The notes under the pieces are model-generated. The model had not been told where the DNA came from, did not search any database, and saw only the letters and a program-made list of their open reading frames with translations. Both the position numbers and the translations under genes were made by a program. Below are positions 9,624-19,104 of a stretch of DNA of 64,000 bases, one piece after another. The DNA is from an uncultured Acidobacteriota bacterium (GTDB lineage: Bacteria; Acidobacteriota; Thermoanaerobaculia; Multivoradales; JAHEKO01). Position 1 is the first letter of the stretch; every line of letters starts with the position of its first letter. The stretch is from positions 384,001 through 448,000 of the forward strand of contig CAVQNG010000025.1 in assembly GCA_963713825.1 (NCBI GenBank), given 5' to 3'.

Positions 9624-9674
9624 TCGGCGGGCGCGGCGATCCAATCAGGATCGTCGGCCCGTCGATTCTCTTTT
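9624..9674 (+). terminator. Intrinsic terminator-like hairpin between the convergent OMP gene and cusA
   Basis: TCGGCGGGC-GCGGCGATCC-aatca-GGATCGTCG-GCCCGTCGA followed by TTCTCTTTT. Confidence 0.55.
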
Positions 9675-9749
9675 GATGCGGCCGTTCCCACCCTGTAATG
9701 GTGACTATGAGATCCATGTGATTGCTCTCATGGCCGTCTTGATGCTCTC

Positions 9750-12700
9750 TCATGCTTCTTCTCCTTCTTCAGTAGTTCCTTTGTGCAGTTCTTCTGGGGT
9801 TTCGAAAAGTGGAGTGCGCTTCAACCCGATTCCACGCCACACGAAATAAATGGCGGGGAAGACAATCAGCTCGCCCATGAAGGAGGTGAACAGGCCGCCG
9901 ACCATCGGCGCTGCGATTCGCCGCATCACGTCCGCACCCGTGCCGGAGGACCACAGGATCGGGACCAGGGCGATGAAGGTCGTCACGACCGCCATGGTCT
10001 TGGGTCGGATCCGTTGGACGGCACCGTGGTCCACGGCCTCCCGGAGGTCGGAGAACGTGCTCATCCTGCCCCTGCTCTTCCAGTTCTCGTAGGCGATGTC
10101 CAGATACAGCAGCATCACCACGCCGGTTTCAGCTGCCAGCCCGGCCAGGGCGATCACTCCGACCCAGACTGCAACCGACCAGTTGTAGCCCAGCCAGTCC
10201 ATCAGCCAGATCGACCCCACCAACGCGAAGGGAACCGCCGATAGAACTATGGCGGTCTTGACCAGCGACTTCGTGTGGAAGTACAGGATCAGGAAGATCA
10301 AGATCAGGGTGATCGGCACGATGACCAGCAGGCGAGCCTTGGCCCGCTGCATGTACTCGTACTGGCCCGACCAGAAGATGCTGTAGCCTGGAGGCAGATC
10401 TACCTGTTCGGCCACCTCGCGTCTTGCCCTTTCTACCCAGCCGCCGACGTCGATGCCCCTCAAGTCCACATAAACCCAGGCATTGGGGCGGGCGCCTTCC
10501 GTCTTGATTCCTGGAGGTCCTGTTCGAATCACGAGCTCGGCTAACTGGCCAAGGGGAACTTGCGCTCCTGAAGGTGATGCGACGAGCACTTCCTTCAGCG
10601 TCGACGGGGAATCCCGAAGCTCCCGTGGATAGCGGACATTGATCGGATATCTCTCGAGACCCTCGACCGTCCAGGAGACGTTCATTCCACCGACCGCCGA
10701 TTGAATGACGTCCTGGATATCGCCGACTTTGATGCCGAAGCGTGCGGCGGCCTCCCGATCGATCTCGAAATCGATATACGAGCCACCCATCACCCGCTCG
10801 GCGTACACCGAGAGCGTGCCTGGCAGGGGCTTGACCACGGTTTCGACCTGCTCGGCAATCTGCTCGAGCGTGGTCAGGTCGGGACCCGCGACTTTGATAC
10901 CGACCGGTGTCTTGATGCCCGTCGATAGCATGTCGATCCGGGTCTTGATCGGCATGGTCCAGGCATTGGTCAAGCCGGGTATCTGGATGGCCTGGTCGAG
11001 CTCGGCGATCAGGTCTTCCTTGGTGAGGCCGGGTCTCCACTCCGATGGATCCTTGAGCACGATGGTCGTTTCGATCATCGACAAAGGAGCCGGGTCGGTG
11101 GCGGTCTCGGCACGTCCGACCTTTCCAAATACTGTTTCGACTTCTGGAAAGGTTTTAATGATCTTGTCGGTCTGTTGCAGGAGCTCCTTCGCTTTGGTGA
11201 TGGAAATGCCCGGAAACGTCGTCGGCATGTAGAGCAGATCCCCTTCCCACAGCGGTGGCATGAACTCGGAGCCGATTCTCTGCAGTGGAACAAGGGTCAC
11301 GGCAAGAATCGCGACCATCGCGAGGATCACCATCCATCGCCATCGTAGGGCCCAATTGAGGACAGGGGTGTAGAGGAAACGGAGGGCGCGGGACACCGGG
11401 TTACGGTCCTCGCTGCGGATCTTGCCTCGGACGAACCAGAACATGAGCACGGGTACGGCGGTCACGGCCAGGATAGAGGCCATGGCCATGGAGTAGGTCT
11501 TCGTGAACGCCAGGGGTTTGAAAAGACGACCCTCCTGCGCTTCGAGGGTGAAGACCGGCAGAAATGAGACCGTGATTACTAGAAGCGTGAAGAAGAGGGT
11601 TGGACCCACCTCCTGAGCCGCCTTCGTGATGATCTCCAGGTGGGATCGTTTCCCCTGCCACTCCTCGTAGTGCTTGTGGGCGTTTTCGACCATGATGATG
11701 GCCGCGTCCACCAGCACACCGATCGAGATCGCGATGCCTCCCAGAGACATGATGTTCGCGCCGATTCCCTGGATCTTCATGATGATGAATGCGAGGAGAA
11801 TCGAGACTGGAATGGAGATAATCGCGACCAGTGCCGAGCGGAAGTGAAACAGAAAGACCAGGCAGACCAGCGCCACAACAATCGATTCCTCGAGCAGGGT
11901 GCGGGTCAACGTCTCCACGGCGCGATCGATCAGGCCAGTTCGGTCGTAGGCGATGGAGATCTCCACATCTTCAGGGAGGCCGGCCTTGAGCTCCTCGAGG
12001 CGCTCCTTCACGTTCTCGATAACCGTTCGCGTGTCGGCCCCCCAGCGAACCACAACAATGCCGCCCACAGTCTCCCCTTCACCGTTCCACTCGGCCAGAC
12101 CGCGACGGATTTCGGGCCCGATGGTGACCCGCGCCACATCTCTGAGCAGCACGGGTACCCCACCTGGGGACGCGGTCAGCACGATGGTCTCGAGATCCTT
12201 CACGTTCTTCACGTAACCCAGTCCCCGAACCATGAACTCCTTCTCGGCTAGCTCGACGACCCGTCCACCAACATCGATGTTGGATCGTTGAATCGCCTTT
12301 CTCACCTGATCGATCGGAATCCCGTAGGCGCGCAGCCGTACCGGATCGACCTCGACCTGGTACTGCCGCACAAAGCCGCCGATCGACGCCACCTCGGCGA
12401 CGCCATCGACCGAAGTCAAGCCATAGCGCAGGTACCAGTCCTGATAGCTCCGCAGGTCGGCAAGCGAGTGATTCTCGGAGTTGAGAACGTACATGAAGGC
12501 CCAGCCCACTCCGGTAGCATCGGGGCCGAGCTGAGGAGCCACACCAGCAGGCAGCTGTCTCGAGAGGCCCGAGAGGTATTCCAGGACTCGGGAACGAGCC
12601 CAATAGAGATCCGTGCCATCTTCGAAGATCACGTACACGAACGAGAAGCCGAAGAAGGAATAGCCCCTGACGACTTTGGCGAATGGCACTGACAACATCG

Positions 12701-12914
12701 TCGTGGTGATGGGGTAGGTGACCTGGTCTTCGACTACCTGCGGTGCCTGCCCTGCGAACTCGGTGAAGATGATCACCTGGACGTCGGACAGGTCGGGGAT
12801 CGCGTCGACCGTGGTGTTGCGGATGGCCCAGACGCCACCCAGAACCGCCAGAATCAAGCCCACTATGACGACCAGCTGGTTTCTGAGAGACCACTCGATA
12901 ACTCGATCCAACAT
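9750..12914 (-). CDS. cusA: CusA/CzcA heavy-metal efflux RND permease (Cu/Ag type)
   Basis: DAIPDLSDVQVI, GPDATGVGW, SEFMPPL.EGDLLYMP, TDPAPLSMIET and WTMPIKTRIDML with the CusA methionine triad. Confidence 0.95.
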   Translation of the reverse strand: MLDRVIEWSLRNQLVVIVGLILAVLGGVWAIRNTTVDAIPDLSDVQVIIFTEFAGQAPQVVEDQVTYPITTTMLSVPFAKVVRGYSFFGFSFVYVIFEDGTDLYWARSRVLEYLSGLSRQLPAGVAPQLGPDATGVGWAFMYVLNSENHSLADLRSYQDWYLRYGLTSVDGVAEVASIGGFVRQYQVEVDPVRLRAYGIPIDQVRKAIQRSNIDVGGRVVELAEKEFMVRGLGYVKNVKDLETIVLTASPGGVPVLLRDVARVTIGPEIRRGLAEWNGEGETVGGIVVVRWGADTRTVIENVKERLEELKAGLPEDVEISIAYDRTGLIDRAVETLTRTLLEESIVVALVCLVFLFHFRSALVAIISIPVSILLAFIIMKIQGIGANIMSLGGIAISIGVLVDAAIIMVENAHKHYEEWQGKRSHLEIITKAAQEVGPTLFFTLLVITVSFLPVFTLEAQEGRLFKPLAFTKTYSMAMASILAVTAVPVLMFWFVRGKIRSEDRNPVSRALRFLYTPVLNWALRWRWMVILAMVAILAVTLVPLQRIGSEFMPPLWEGDLLYMPTTFPGISITKAKELLQQTDKIIKTFPEVETVFGKVGRAETATDPAPLSMIETTIVLKDPSEWRPGLTKEDLIAELDQAIQIPGLTNAWTMPIKTRIDMLSTGIKTPVGIKVAGPDLTTLEQIAEQVETVVKPLPGTLSVYAERVMGGSYIDFEIDREAAARFGIKVGDIQDVIQSAVGGMNVSWTVEGLERYPINVRYPRELRDSPSTLKEVLVASPSGAQVPLGQLAELVIRTGPPGIKTEGARPNAWVYVDLRGIDVGGWVERARREVAEQVDLPPGYSIFWSGQYEYMQRAKARLLVIVPITLILIFLILYFHTKSLVKTAIVLSAVPFALVGSIWLMDWLGYNWSVAVWVGVIALAGLAAETGVVMLLYLDIAYENWKSRGRMSTFSDLREAVDHGAVQRIRPKTMAVVTTFIALVPILWSSGTGADVMRRIAAPMVGGLFTSFMGELIVFPAIYFVWRGIGLKRTPLFETPEELHKGTTEEGEEA

Positions 12915-12925
12915 GGCAATCCCCT

Positions 12926-14425
12926 TTAGTGGTCTTTCTGTTGAGAGCGCTGCGCGATCATCTTCTGCACCGCCGCTTGTAGGCTCGACTCCGAGTCGAT
13001 GAGAAACTGCGATGAGGTCACGATGCGATCCCCTTCGTTCAAACCCTCGAGAACCTCGACTTCACCACCCCCTTCGTGCCCGGTCGTGATCTCCCGAGGT
13101 GCGAAGCTCCCTTCTCCCAGGTCGACGATCACGATGCTGCGCTGCCCAGTCCTGAGGACGGCCTGCGTTGGAACGACCAGCGCCTGCTGGGCGGCTGTGG
13201 GGTGGAAGCGGACGGTGCCGAACATTCCGGCCCTGAGACGCCCGGTCGGGTTGGGGACTTCGACCTTCATGCGCAGCGTCCGAGTGGCTTCGGAGAACTC
13301 CGGCTCGATGTAGCGAACGGTGCCGCGAAAGACCTCGCCAGGGAAGTAGGTCAATTCGAGCTCGGCCACGCTGTCGATGTCGATCTGGGCCAGCTGGTGC
13401 TCGAAGACCTCGACGGACAACCAGATCGAGCGCAGATCGGCGATGTGGTACACCTCCATCCCAGGCCGGACCGCCATGCCCTCGAGCCCCGCCATCCTCT
13501 TCATGACCAGGCCACTTGCCGGCGCCACGACCTGCAAGGTCCGGAAGACCTCCCCAGTGCGCTCCAGGTTGTCGATCTGCTCGGAGGAGATATCCCAGTA
13601 GCGGAGACGCTCCCGAGCCGAGTCGACCAACGCGCTGGCCCGACGCCCCGCCTCGGCGTTAGTGCTGTCGAACTTCTTGGCGTACTGGATGGCCGACAGC
13701 AGCTCCTGCTCGGTCTGAACGAGCTCAGGAGAGTAGATTTCGAATAGAGGTTGGCCCTTCTTCACGGGCTCGCCAACGTAGTTGACGTAGACCTTCTCGA
13801 CCCAACCGGAGTACTTCGTGGTCACGGTGACCATGCGCTCCTGGTCGTACTCGAGGTAACCGACAGTGCGGATCTCCTGATTCAGGTCGCGCCGCTCGAC
13901 GACCGCGGTCTGAACGTTCATGTTCTGGACGACGACCGGGTTGATGCTGACCGTCGGGCCCTGATCAACGGCCTGGTTCGCCTCGTCTGCATAGACCGGC
14001 ACGTAGTCCATCCCCATCTCGTCCTTGGCCGGAACCGGTGAAGAGATGGTGGGGTTCATCGGATTGCGATAGAAGAGGATCTCCCGCTCGCCTCCTGCCG
14101 CCGGAGATCTCTTGGCTGATCCTTCTTGTCCACCTCCACTTAAAGGCACGAGGGCCATGCCGCAGACCGGGCACTCGCCGGGCTCGTCCTCGAGAATGTG
14201 GGGATGCATGGAGCAGGTCCAAAGCTGTTCTCCCTGTTCCTCGGAGACCATCTCCATCGTGCCGGCGTGATAGTCGAGGCGGGATTGCAGCCACCCATCG
14301 ACTGGATGCAGACCCCAGGGGTCGAAGAACAGTAGATAGAAGAGCAGAAAGCTGAAAGCGACCAACAGCAGTGCCCACAGCACCTGCTTCCCACGGGAAT
14401 TCTCAGATTTGGCAAGTGATGTCAT
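12926..14425 (-). CDS. cusB: CusB-like RND periplasmic adaptor with heavy-metal-binding domains
   Basis: WTCSMHP..CPVCGMAL and YRNPM..DEMGMDYVP metal-binding modules, YSPELVQTEQE, SQFLIDSES. Confidence 0.92.
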   Translation of the reverse strand: MTSLAKSENSRGKQVLWALLLVAFSFLLFYLLFFDPWGLHPVDGWLQSRLDYHAGTMEMVSEEQGEQLWTCSMHPHILEDEPGECPVCGMALVPLSGGGQEGSAKRSPAAGGEREILFYRNPMNPTISSPVPAKDEMGMDYVPVYADEANQAVDQGPTVSINPVVVQNMNVQTAVVERRDLNQEIRTVGYLEYDQERMVTVTTKYSGWVEKVYVNYVGEPVKKGQPLFEIYSPELVQTEQELLSAIQYAKKFDSTNAEAGRRASALVDSARERLRYWDISSEQIDNLERTGEVFRTLQVVAPASGLVMKRMAGLEGMAVRPGMEVYHIADLRSIWLSVEVFEHQLAQIDIDSVAELELTYFPGEVFRGTVRYIEPEFSEATRTLRMKVEVPNPTGRLRAGMFGTVRFHPTAAQQALVVPTQAVLRTGQRSIVIVDLGEGSFAPREITTGHEGGGEVEVLEGLNEGDRIVTSSQFLIDSESSLQAAVQKMIAQRSQQKDH

Positions 14426-15816
14426 GGCTTGGATTGCTCCGTCATTGAGATCTGTTGCAGAGGCTCTGCCACCACCCCCTCGAGTTGGACCAGGCGGATG
14501 GAATAGTCGGCTTGCGCACGCGCAATCGAGGTCTCGGCCCTGAACAGGACATGTTCCGCATCCAGTAGATCGAGTGCGTTCAAGGTCCCGGATACATAGC
14601 CGTACTGGGCCGACTGGACTGACTCTTCAGCCTGCAGGATCAATATGTCCTCGAGCAGGCGGAACTGTTGCCAGGTGAGCGGTATCCGCTGCATGAGATC
14701 GCCGATCGCAGATTCGATACCGGCCAGGACATCCCGTTTGCCTTCCCGGGCGGCAAGCTCGATCTGGCTTGCCTCTTCGACACCAGCTCTGGTTCTCTTG
14801 CGCCAGATCGGAACGCTGACGCCGCCCTGGATGCCGAAGATGTCGTCGCCGTTGCCCTCGGGCGGCGAGATCATCCCCGCCTGGTCTTGCCTCGGGTCGA
14901 CGAACGTATAGGTCAGTCCGACCTTGAAGTCGGGCCGGAAAGCCTTCTCGGCCCGCTTGACCCGCGCCTCGGAGGCGGCGATGCGGGCGTCGGCAGCCGT
15001 CAATTCTGGTCGCGAGCGGATTGCGGATTCCCTTAGCCTCTCGACGTCGAGGGCGACTTGTTCGCCCTCCGGGAGCAACGCCGGGAGCAGGGTCGTCGAA
15101 GCGGGACGATCTCGCAGGTCGTTGAGGGTGGCTTCCAGGTCGACCCGGCGCAGATCGATGTCCAACAGGAGGTTCTCTGCGAGAGTGATCTCGGCCTGCA
15201 TCTTGATGACATCCTGGCTGGCGCCGGTACCTGTCGCGTAGCGCGCCTGCGAGATCTCCTCATGCTGGCGGAGATGATCGACAAAATCCTGGGTGATCTC
15301 CTTGTGTCGCACCAGGAAGGCCAGCTCGTAGTAGAGGCGGCGAACTTCTGTGGCGAGAGCGAGTCGCTTGGCCTCGACATCGGCGTAGAGTGCGGTCGCA
15401 TTGAGGAGATTCGCCTGTTCTTCCAGATCGAACTTCGAGAGCCAGGGTAGGCTCTGCAGATAGTTCAAAGTCAGCACCTGAGGTCCTGTCCGCGTTTCCG
15501 GACTCTTCAGAAATGCGGTGATACCTACGACGGGATCAGGAAGAGCTCCTACGTTCGAGGCGCGATGTTCGGCTGCGCGTGCCTGTGCGAGCCCCCTGGC
15601 GACACCTGGGTTGCGATCCAAGGCGTCGGCAACAAGTGCTTTGAGCTGATTGTCTGTCTGCGACTCCAGAAGCCGATCGGCCGGCGCCTCGATCGGGGCG
15701 GCCGTCGTCCTCTCGCCAGTTGGCGAGTGGGAACTGTCTGGGTCTGCCTGCTGTCCGGTTGCGATCGTGGCTAAAAGCGTTGCCGCAACAAGATTGATGC
15801 CGATCCTTGAATGCAC
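14422..15816 (-). CDS. TolC-family outer-membrane efflux protein (CusC-like)
   Basis: OEP repeats (ALDRNP, ALPDP, RSRPEL, LDLLDAE), signal peptide, and 4-bp overlap with cusB. Confidence 0.9.
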   Translation of the reverse strand: MHSRIGINLVAATLLATIATGQQADPDSSHSPTGERTTAAPIEAPADRLLESQTDNQLKALVADALDRNPGVARGLAQARAAEHRASNVGALPDPVVGITAFLKSPETRTGPQVLTLNYLQSLPWLSKFDLEEQANLLNATALYADVEAKRLALATEVRRLYYELAFLVRHKEITQDFVDHLRQHEEISQARYATGTGASQDVIKMQAEITLAENLLLDIDLRRVDLEATLNDLRDRPASTTLLPALLPEGEQVALDVERLRESAIRSRPELTAADARIAASEARVKRAEKAFRPDFKVGLTYTFVDPRQDQAGMISPPEGNGDDIFGIQGGVSVPIWRKRTRAGVEEASQIELAAREGKRDVLAGIESAIGDLMQRIPLTWQQFRLLEDILILQAEESVQSAQYGYVSGTLNALDLLDAEHVLFRAETSIARAQADYSIRLVQLEGVVAEPLQQISMTEQSKP

Positions 15817-15899
15817 CTCAGTCCTCCAAAGAGACCTGTGTTAGAGGTTTCGCCACCATCACCGGTGACGAGACGGCTCGAGGTCACTTCAGAGGAGGA

Positions 15900-16310
15900 T
15901 CAGAGCAAGTAGGAAGACAGGAGGGTGTAGCGTCCCAGCTCGTGTCTCTGAGATGCAATGGTCGCATCGGAGCTCACCAGTGGCGCGAGCCACGGCTGGG
16001 GATCGATCGACGTCACCTCGTCTAATAGGAGTGAGGAGGACGGGTCGAATTGAGCGGTCGGAGCCGAATCGATCGGCTCGCGATCGAGCGGAGCCGAGCA
16101 GCAAGCGTTTGCAGCGGGGGCCAAGGACCCCCGATCTGGTGACTCATTGGCTGCATCGTGGCAGCCAGGCATGGAGGCGCCGGTACCGGCCATGGGGCAG
16201 GCAGACATCTGGCAGACGCCCGAGTCCGCGGAGTCACAGCCCCAGGCAACTGGCGAGGACAAGAGAAGCAAGAGTCCCGTCAGAACGTAGATGGTTCTTC
16301 GAGTAAACAT
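15900..16310 (-). CDS. Small Cys-rich exported protein at the head of the cus operon
   Basis: Signal/TM segment, CQMSACPM, CH, CC, hydrophobic tail RYTLLSSYLL; this layout is common for leader genes of metal-efflux operons. Confidence 0.65.
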   Translation of the reverse strand: MFTRRTIYVLTGLLLLLSSPVAWGCDSADSGVCQMSACPMAGTGASMPGCHDAANESPDRGSLAPAANACCSAPLDREPIDSAPTAQFDPSSSLLLDEVTSIDPQPWLAPLVSSDATIASQRHELGRYTLLSSYLL

Positions 16311-16337
16311 AGTGATCTTGGTGGACCTTCTGCTCAC

Positions 16338-16366
16338 AAGATAGAGATCCACTCACGATCTGTCAA
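16338..16366 (-). promoter_or_regulatory. Sigma70-type promoter of the cus operon
   Basis: Minus strand TTGACA-17 bp-TATCTT; an AGATC...GATCT inverted repeat spans the spacer. Confidence 0.65.
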
Positions 16367-16480
16367 GCTGGCAGTGCACGGGCCCCCGAGGTGGTACGGT
16401 ATTAGATGGAGCATCTAAAGAGGTCCCTGCCAGGAGTTGCAGGGTCTGATTGAGGAGTCTTGCAAGCCTCGAGGAGGAAG

Positions 16481-17200
16481 ATGATGACGCAGCAAGATCG
16501 ACCAAGATTCACTTATCTGGGGCATGCCACCGTTCGATGTGACCTGCCGGACGGCAAGGTAGTGCTTATCGATCCCTGGGTGCAGGGCAACCCCGCCTGT
16601 CCGGAAGAGCTGAACGAGTTCGAGCGTATCGACGCGATGCTCGTGACCCATGCCCATTTCGACCACATCGGCGATGCGGTGGAATTGGCCGCGCGCTACG
16701 GGCCCGAAATCGTCGTCGCCAACTTCGAGACCTGCCACTGGCTGGAGAGCAAGGGCGTGGCGAACACCTCCGCGATGAACATCGGCGGCAGCCAGGATGT
16801 GCTGGGCTGCAAGGTGACCATGGTCAGGGCCGATCACTCCTGCGGCATCCTGGATGGCGACCAGATTCTCTACGGTGGCACGGCGAGCGGCTACGTCGTC
16901 GAGCTGGCAGGTGGATTCACCTTCTACCATACTGGTGACACGGGACTCTTCTCGGACATGCAACTGATCGCTGAGATGCATCGCCCGGAGCTGGCATTCG
17001 TGCCTATCGGTGACCTGTTCACCATGGGTCCGGAGGCCGCCGCCCGAGCCTGTCGGTTCCTGGAGGCTCGCAAGGTGATTCCGATTCACTGGCAGACCTT
17101 TCCAATCCTTACCGGCACGCCTGTTGAGCTGGAGGAGGCGCTCACCCAGCTCGGCGGGCGCACCGAAGTGATCACTCTGCAGCCCGGTGAGTCCTACTGA
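16481..17200 (+). CDS. Metal-dependent hydrolase, metallo-beta-lactamase fold (UPF0173)
   Basis: YLGHAT, IDPW, THAHFDH, YHTGDT, PIGDLFTMGP and IPIHW; RBS GAGGAGG. Confidence 0.92.
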   Translation: MMTQQDRPRFTYLGHATVRCDLPDGKVVLIDPWVQGNPACPEELNEFERIDAMLVTHAHFDHIGDAVELAARYGPEIVVANFETCHWLESKGVANTSAMNIGGSQDVLGCKVTMVRADHSCGILDGDQILYGGTASGYVVELAGGFTFYHTGDTGLFSDMQLIAEMHRPELAFVPIGDLFTMGPEAAARACRFLEARKVIPIHWQTFPILTGTPVELEEALTQLGGRTEVITLQPGESY

Positions 17201-17224
17201 GCCGGATCGGTCTCCCTGACACTG

Positions 17225-17890
17225 ATGCCGACGAGCACTGTCGAGGACTATCTGAAGTGCATCCTGCTGGCTGAGCAGGAGGCACCCGATCAGCCTGTGA
17301 GCACCGGCCAGATCGCGGCCGCACTGGGTGTCGCTCCCGGCACGGTGACGGCGATGCTCAAGACCCTGGCCAACAGCAGTCTGGTGAGCTATGAGCCCTA
17401 TTCTGGGGTGTCCCTCACGGATCCCGGACGTCAGCTGGCGGTGCATGTGCTGCGCCGTCATCGACTGGTAGAGCTGTTTCTGGTTCGGGTCATGGGTCTC
17501 GACTGGGCGGAAGTGCACGACGAAGCGGAGCTGCTGGAGCACGCCGTGTCGGATCGCATCATCGAGCGCATGGATGCCATGCTAGGGGAGCCCGATGTGG
17601 ATCCCCATGGTGACCCGATCCCAACGGCGGGTGGAGAGGTGGAGCATCGAGAGCTGCAGAGCCTGCTCGACTGTCCGCTGGATGTCTGGCTGCAGATCGC
17701 CCGGGTCACCGATCAGACTGCCGACTTCCTCCAGTTGGTGGAGACCGAACATCTGAAGCCCGGTAGCCGGCTCATGGTTACTGGTCGCGACGAGGCCGCC
17801 GACACCATGCAGTTGGAGAGACCCGGGGTGGGGCCGTTGGCGCTGGGCTGGCGAGCGGCTTCCAAGATTCTGGTTGCCGAAAAGCCCTAG
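17225..17890 (+). CDS. mntR: DtxR/MntR metal-dependent repressor with C-terminal FeoA/SH3 domain
   Basis: VEDYLK, RRHRLVELFL, HDEAELLEHAVS and DPHGDPIP motifs. Confidence 0.9.
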   Translation: MPTSTVEDYLKCILLAEQEAPDQPVSTGQIAAALGVAPGTVTAMLKTLANSSLVSYEPYSGVSLTDPGRQLAVHVLRRHRLVELFLVRVMGLDWAEVHDEAELLEHAVSDRIIERMDAMLGEPDVDPHGDPIPTAGGEVEHRELQSLLDCPLDVWLQIARVTDQTADFLQLVETEHLKPGSRLMVTGRDEAADTMQLERPGVGPLALGWRAASKILVAEKP

Positions 17891-17900
17891 CTCACAAGGC

Positions 17901-18893
17901 TCAGAGACGTTCGAGTGGCAGCCAGCGGGCGCGCATCAGCAGGGAGAGACGGGAAGCGGCCCCCAGCTGCGGAGAGTTCAGCCGCAGATCAGCGCCGGCT
18001 TCCTCCAACAGGTTCAGCAGGCGAACTCCTGCCAGGAGCAGGTACTTGCCGCAGCGTCGGTAGTCTGGCGGTAGGTCCGGAACGGCCTGCGCCGATCGCA
18101 GCAGCAGAGGGCGAATCCTGGTGCACTCGGCATGAACGGCTTGGGCGAGGGTTTCGTCGTCTCCTTCTGCTGTCGCCTCCCAGGTCTCTGGTAGCTCGTT
18201 GACAGGGAGCCTGGCCTGGTGCCGCCGGAGATCCTCTCCCAGCATCCGCAACGACAGGATCCGCGACAAGGCAGCCGCCATGGCTTCGAGCGCCGGAGTT
18301 GGCGGGTGGCCGACGAGCACTTCCGCCAGCGCTCCACCCAGCTCGGCACTGTCGCGCTCTGCCGCTTCGGCGGTGGCGGGTCGACGAACCGTGGCTCGGC
18401 GACGAGCGGCGCTGATCAATCGATCGAAGCCGTTGCGCGACCAGGGGATGTGTTGCTCGAGTCGAGCGATCTGGAGGAAGACGGGCTGCCCCTGGGGATC
18501 GCCAGTGAGGGCAGCCTCCAAAGTGAATTCCCAGCGATTGATCTGGGCCAGCCGCTCACCTTCGAGCCCGCCCTGACGAGCGAAATCGAAGAGTGTGAAG
18601 GCGTAGGTGGCGAGCGCCTGTACCCGGCGGCGCTCGGTGCCGGATAGCAGTGTCAGAGCTGGCGCGAAATCGAGAAGAAGTCGCCGGGTGACCTCCGCGC
18701 AGAGGGCTGCCGCCTCGCGAGGATCGCCGCCTTCGAGGGGACGGCTGATCTCGTCGACGAGGCGACTATGGTGGCTGGAGACATAGTCTTCGGCCTGGCG
18801 ACTGACCTCCGGCGGCTTTTCGGCATTGCTGACAGGCCTGCCCGGGGCTTCAGTCAACAGGGATTGTCCCGGCTGTCTTCTGTCCTCGCTCAT
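17901..18893 (-). CDS. Squalene/phytoene synthase-fold protein with degenerate Asp-rich motifs
   Basis: Resembles HpnC/CrtB (F..AL.LL...RR.V.AL..YA; ERLAQINRW; EDLRRHQARLP), but the DDxxD motifs are absent. Confidence 0.65.
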   Translation of the reverse strand: MSEDRRQPGQSLLTEAPGRPVSNAEKPPEVSRQAEDYVSSHHSRLVDEISRPLEGGDPREAAALCAEVTRRLLLDFAPALTLLSGTERRRVQALATYAFTLFDFARQGGLEGERLAQINRWEFTLEAALTGDPQGQPVFLQIARLEQHIPWSRNGFDRLISAARRRATVRRPATAEAAERDSAELGGALAEVLVGHPPTPALEAMAAALSRILSLRMLGEDLRRHQARLPVNELPETWEATAEGDDETLAQAVHAECTRIRPLLLRSAQAVPDLPPDYRRCGKYLLLAGVRLLNLLEEAGADLRLNSPQLGAASRLSLLMRARWLPLERL

Positions 18894-19104
18894 GAGTGAT
18901 GGGGTCCTGAATCGGTCGATCGATCCTAGCAGTCGAAGGCGGCCCGGGGCTCAGATGGTGTCACGTCTTCGGCGATGCAGAGAGATATGGAAATATGGCG
19001 ATTAGATATACTGGCGGCATCTCTTGGGCAGGCGATCCAGGGGCAGTTCCGATGGCTGTGAAGGGCTCCATTCCTGTTCGAAGGACGACTGACTAGATTT
19101 CCAT

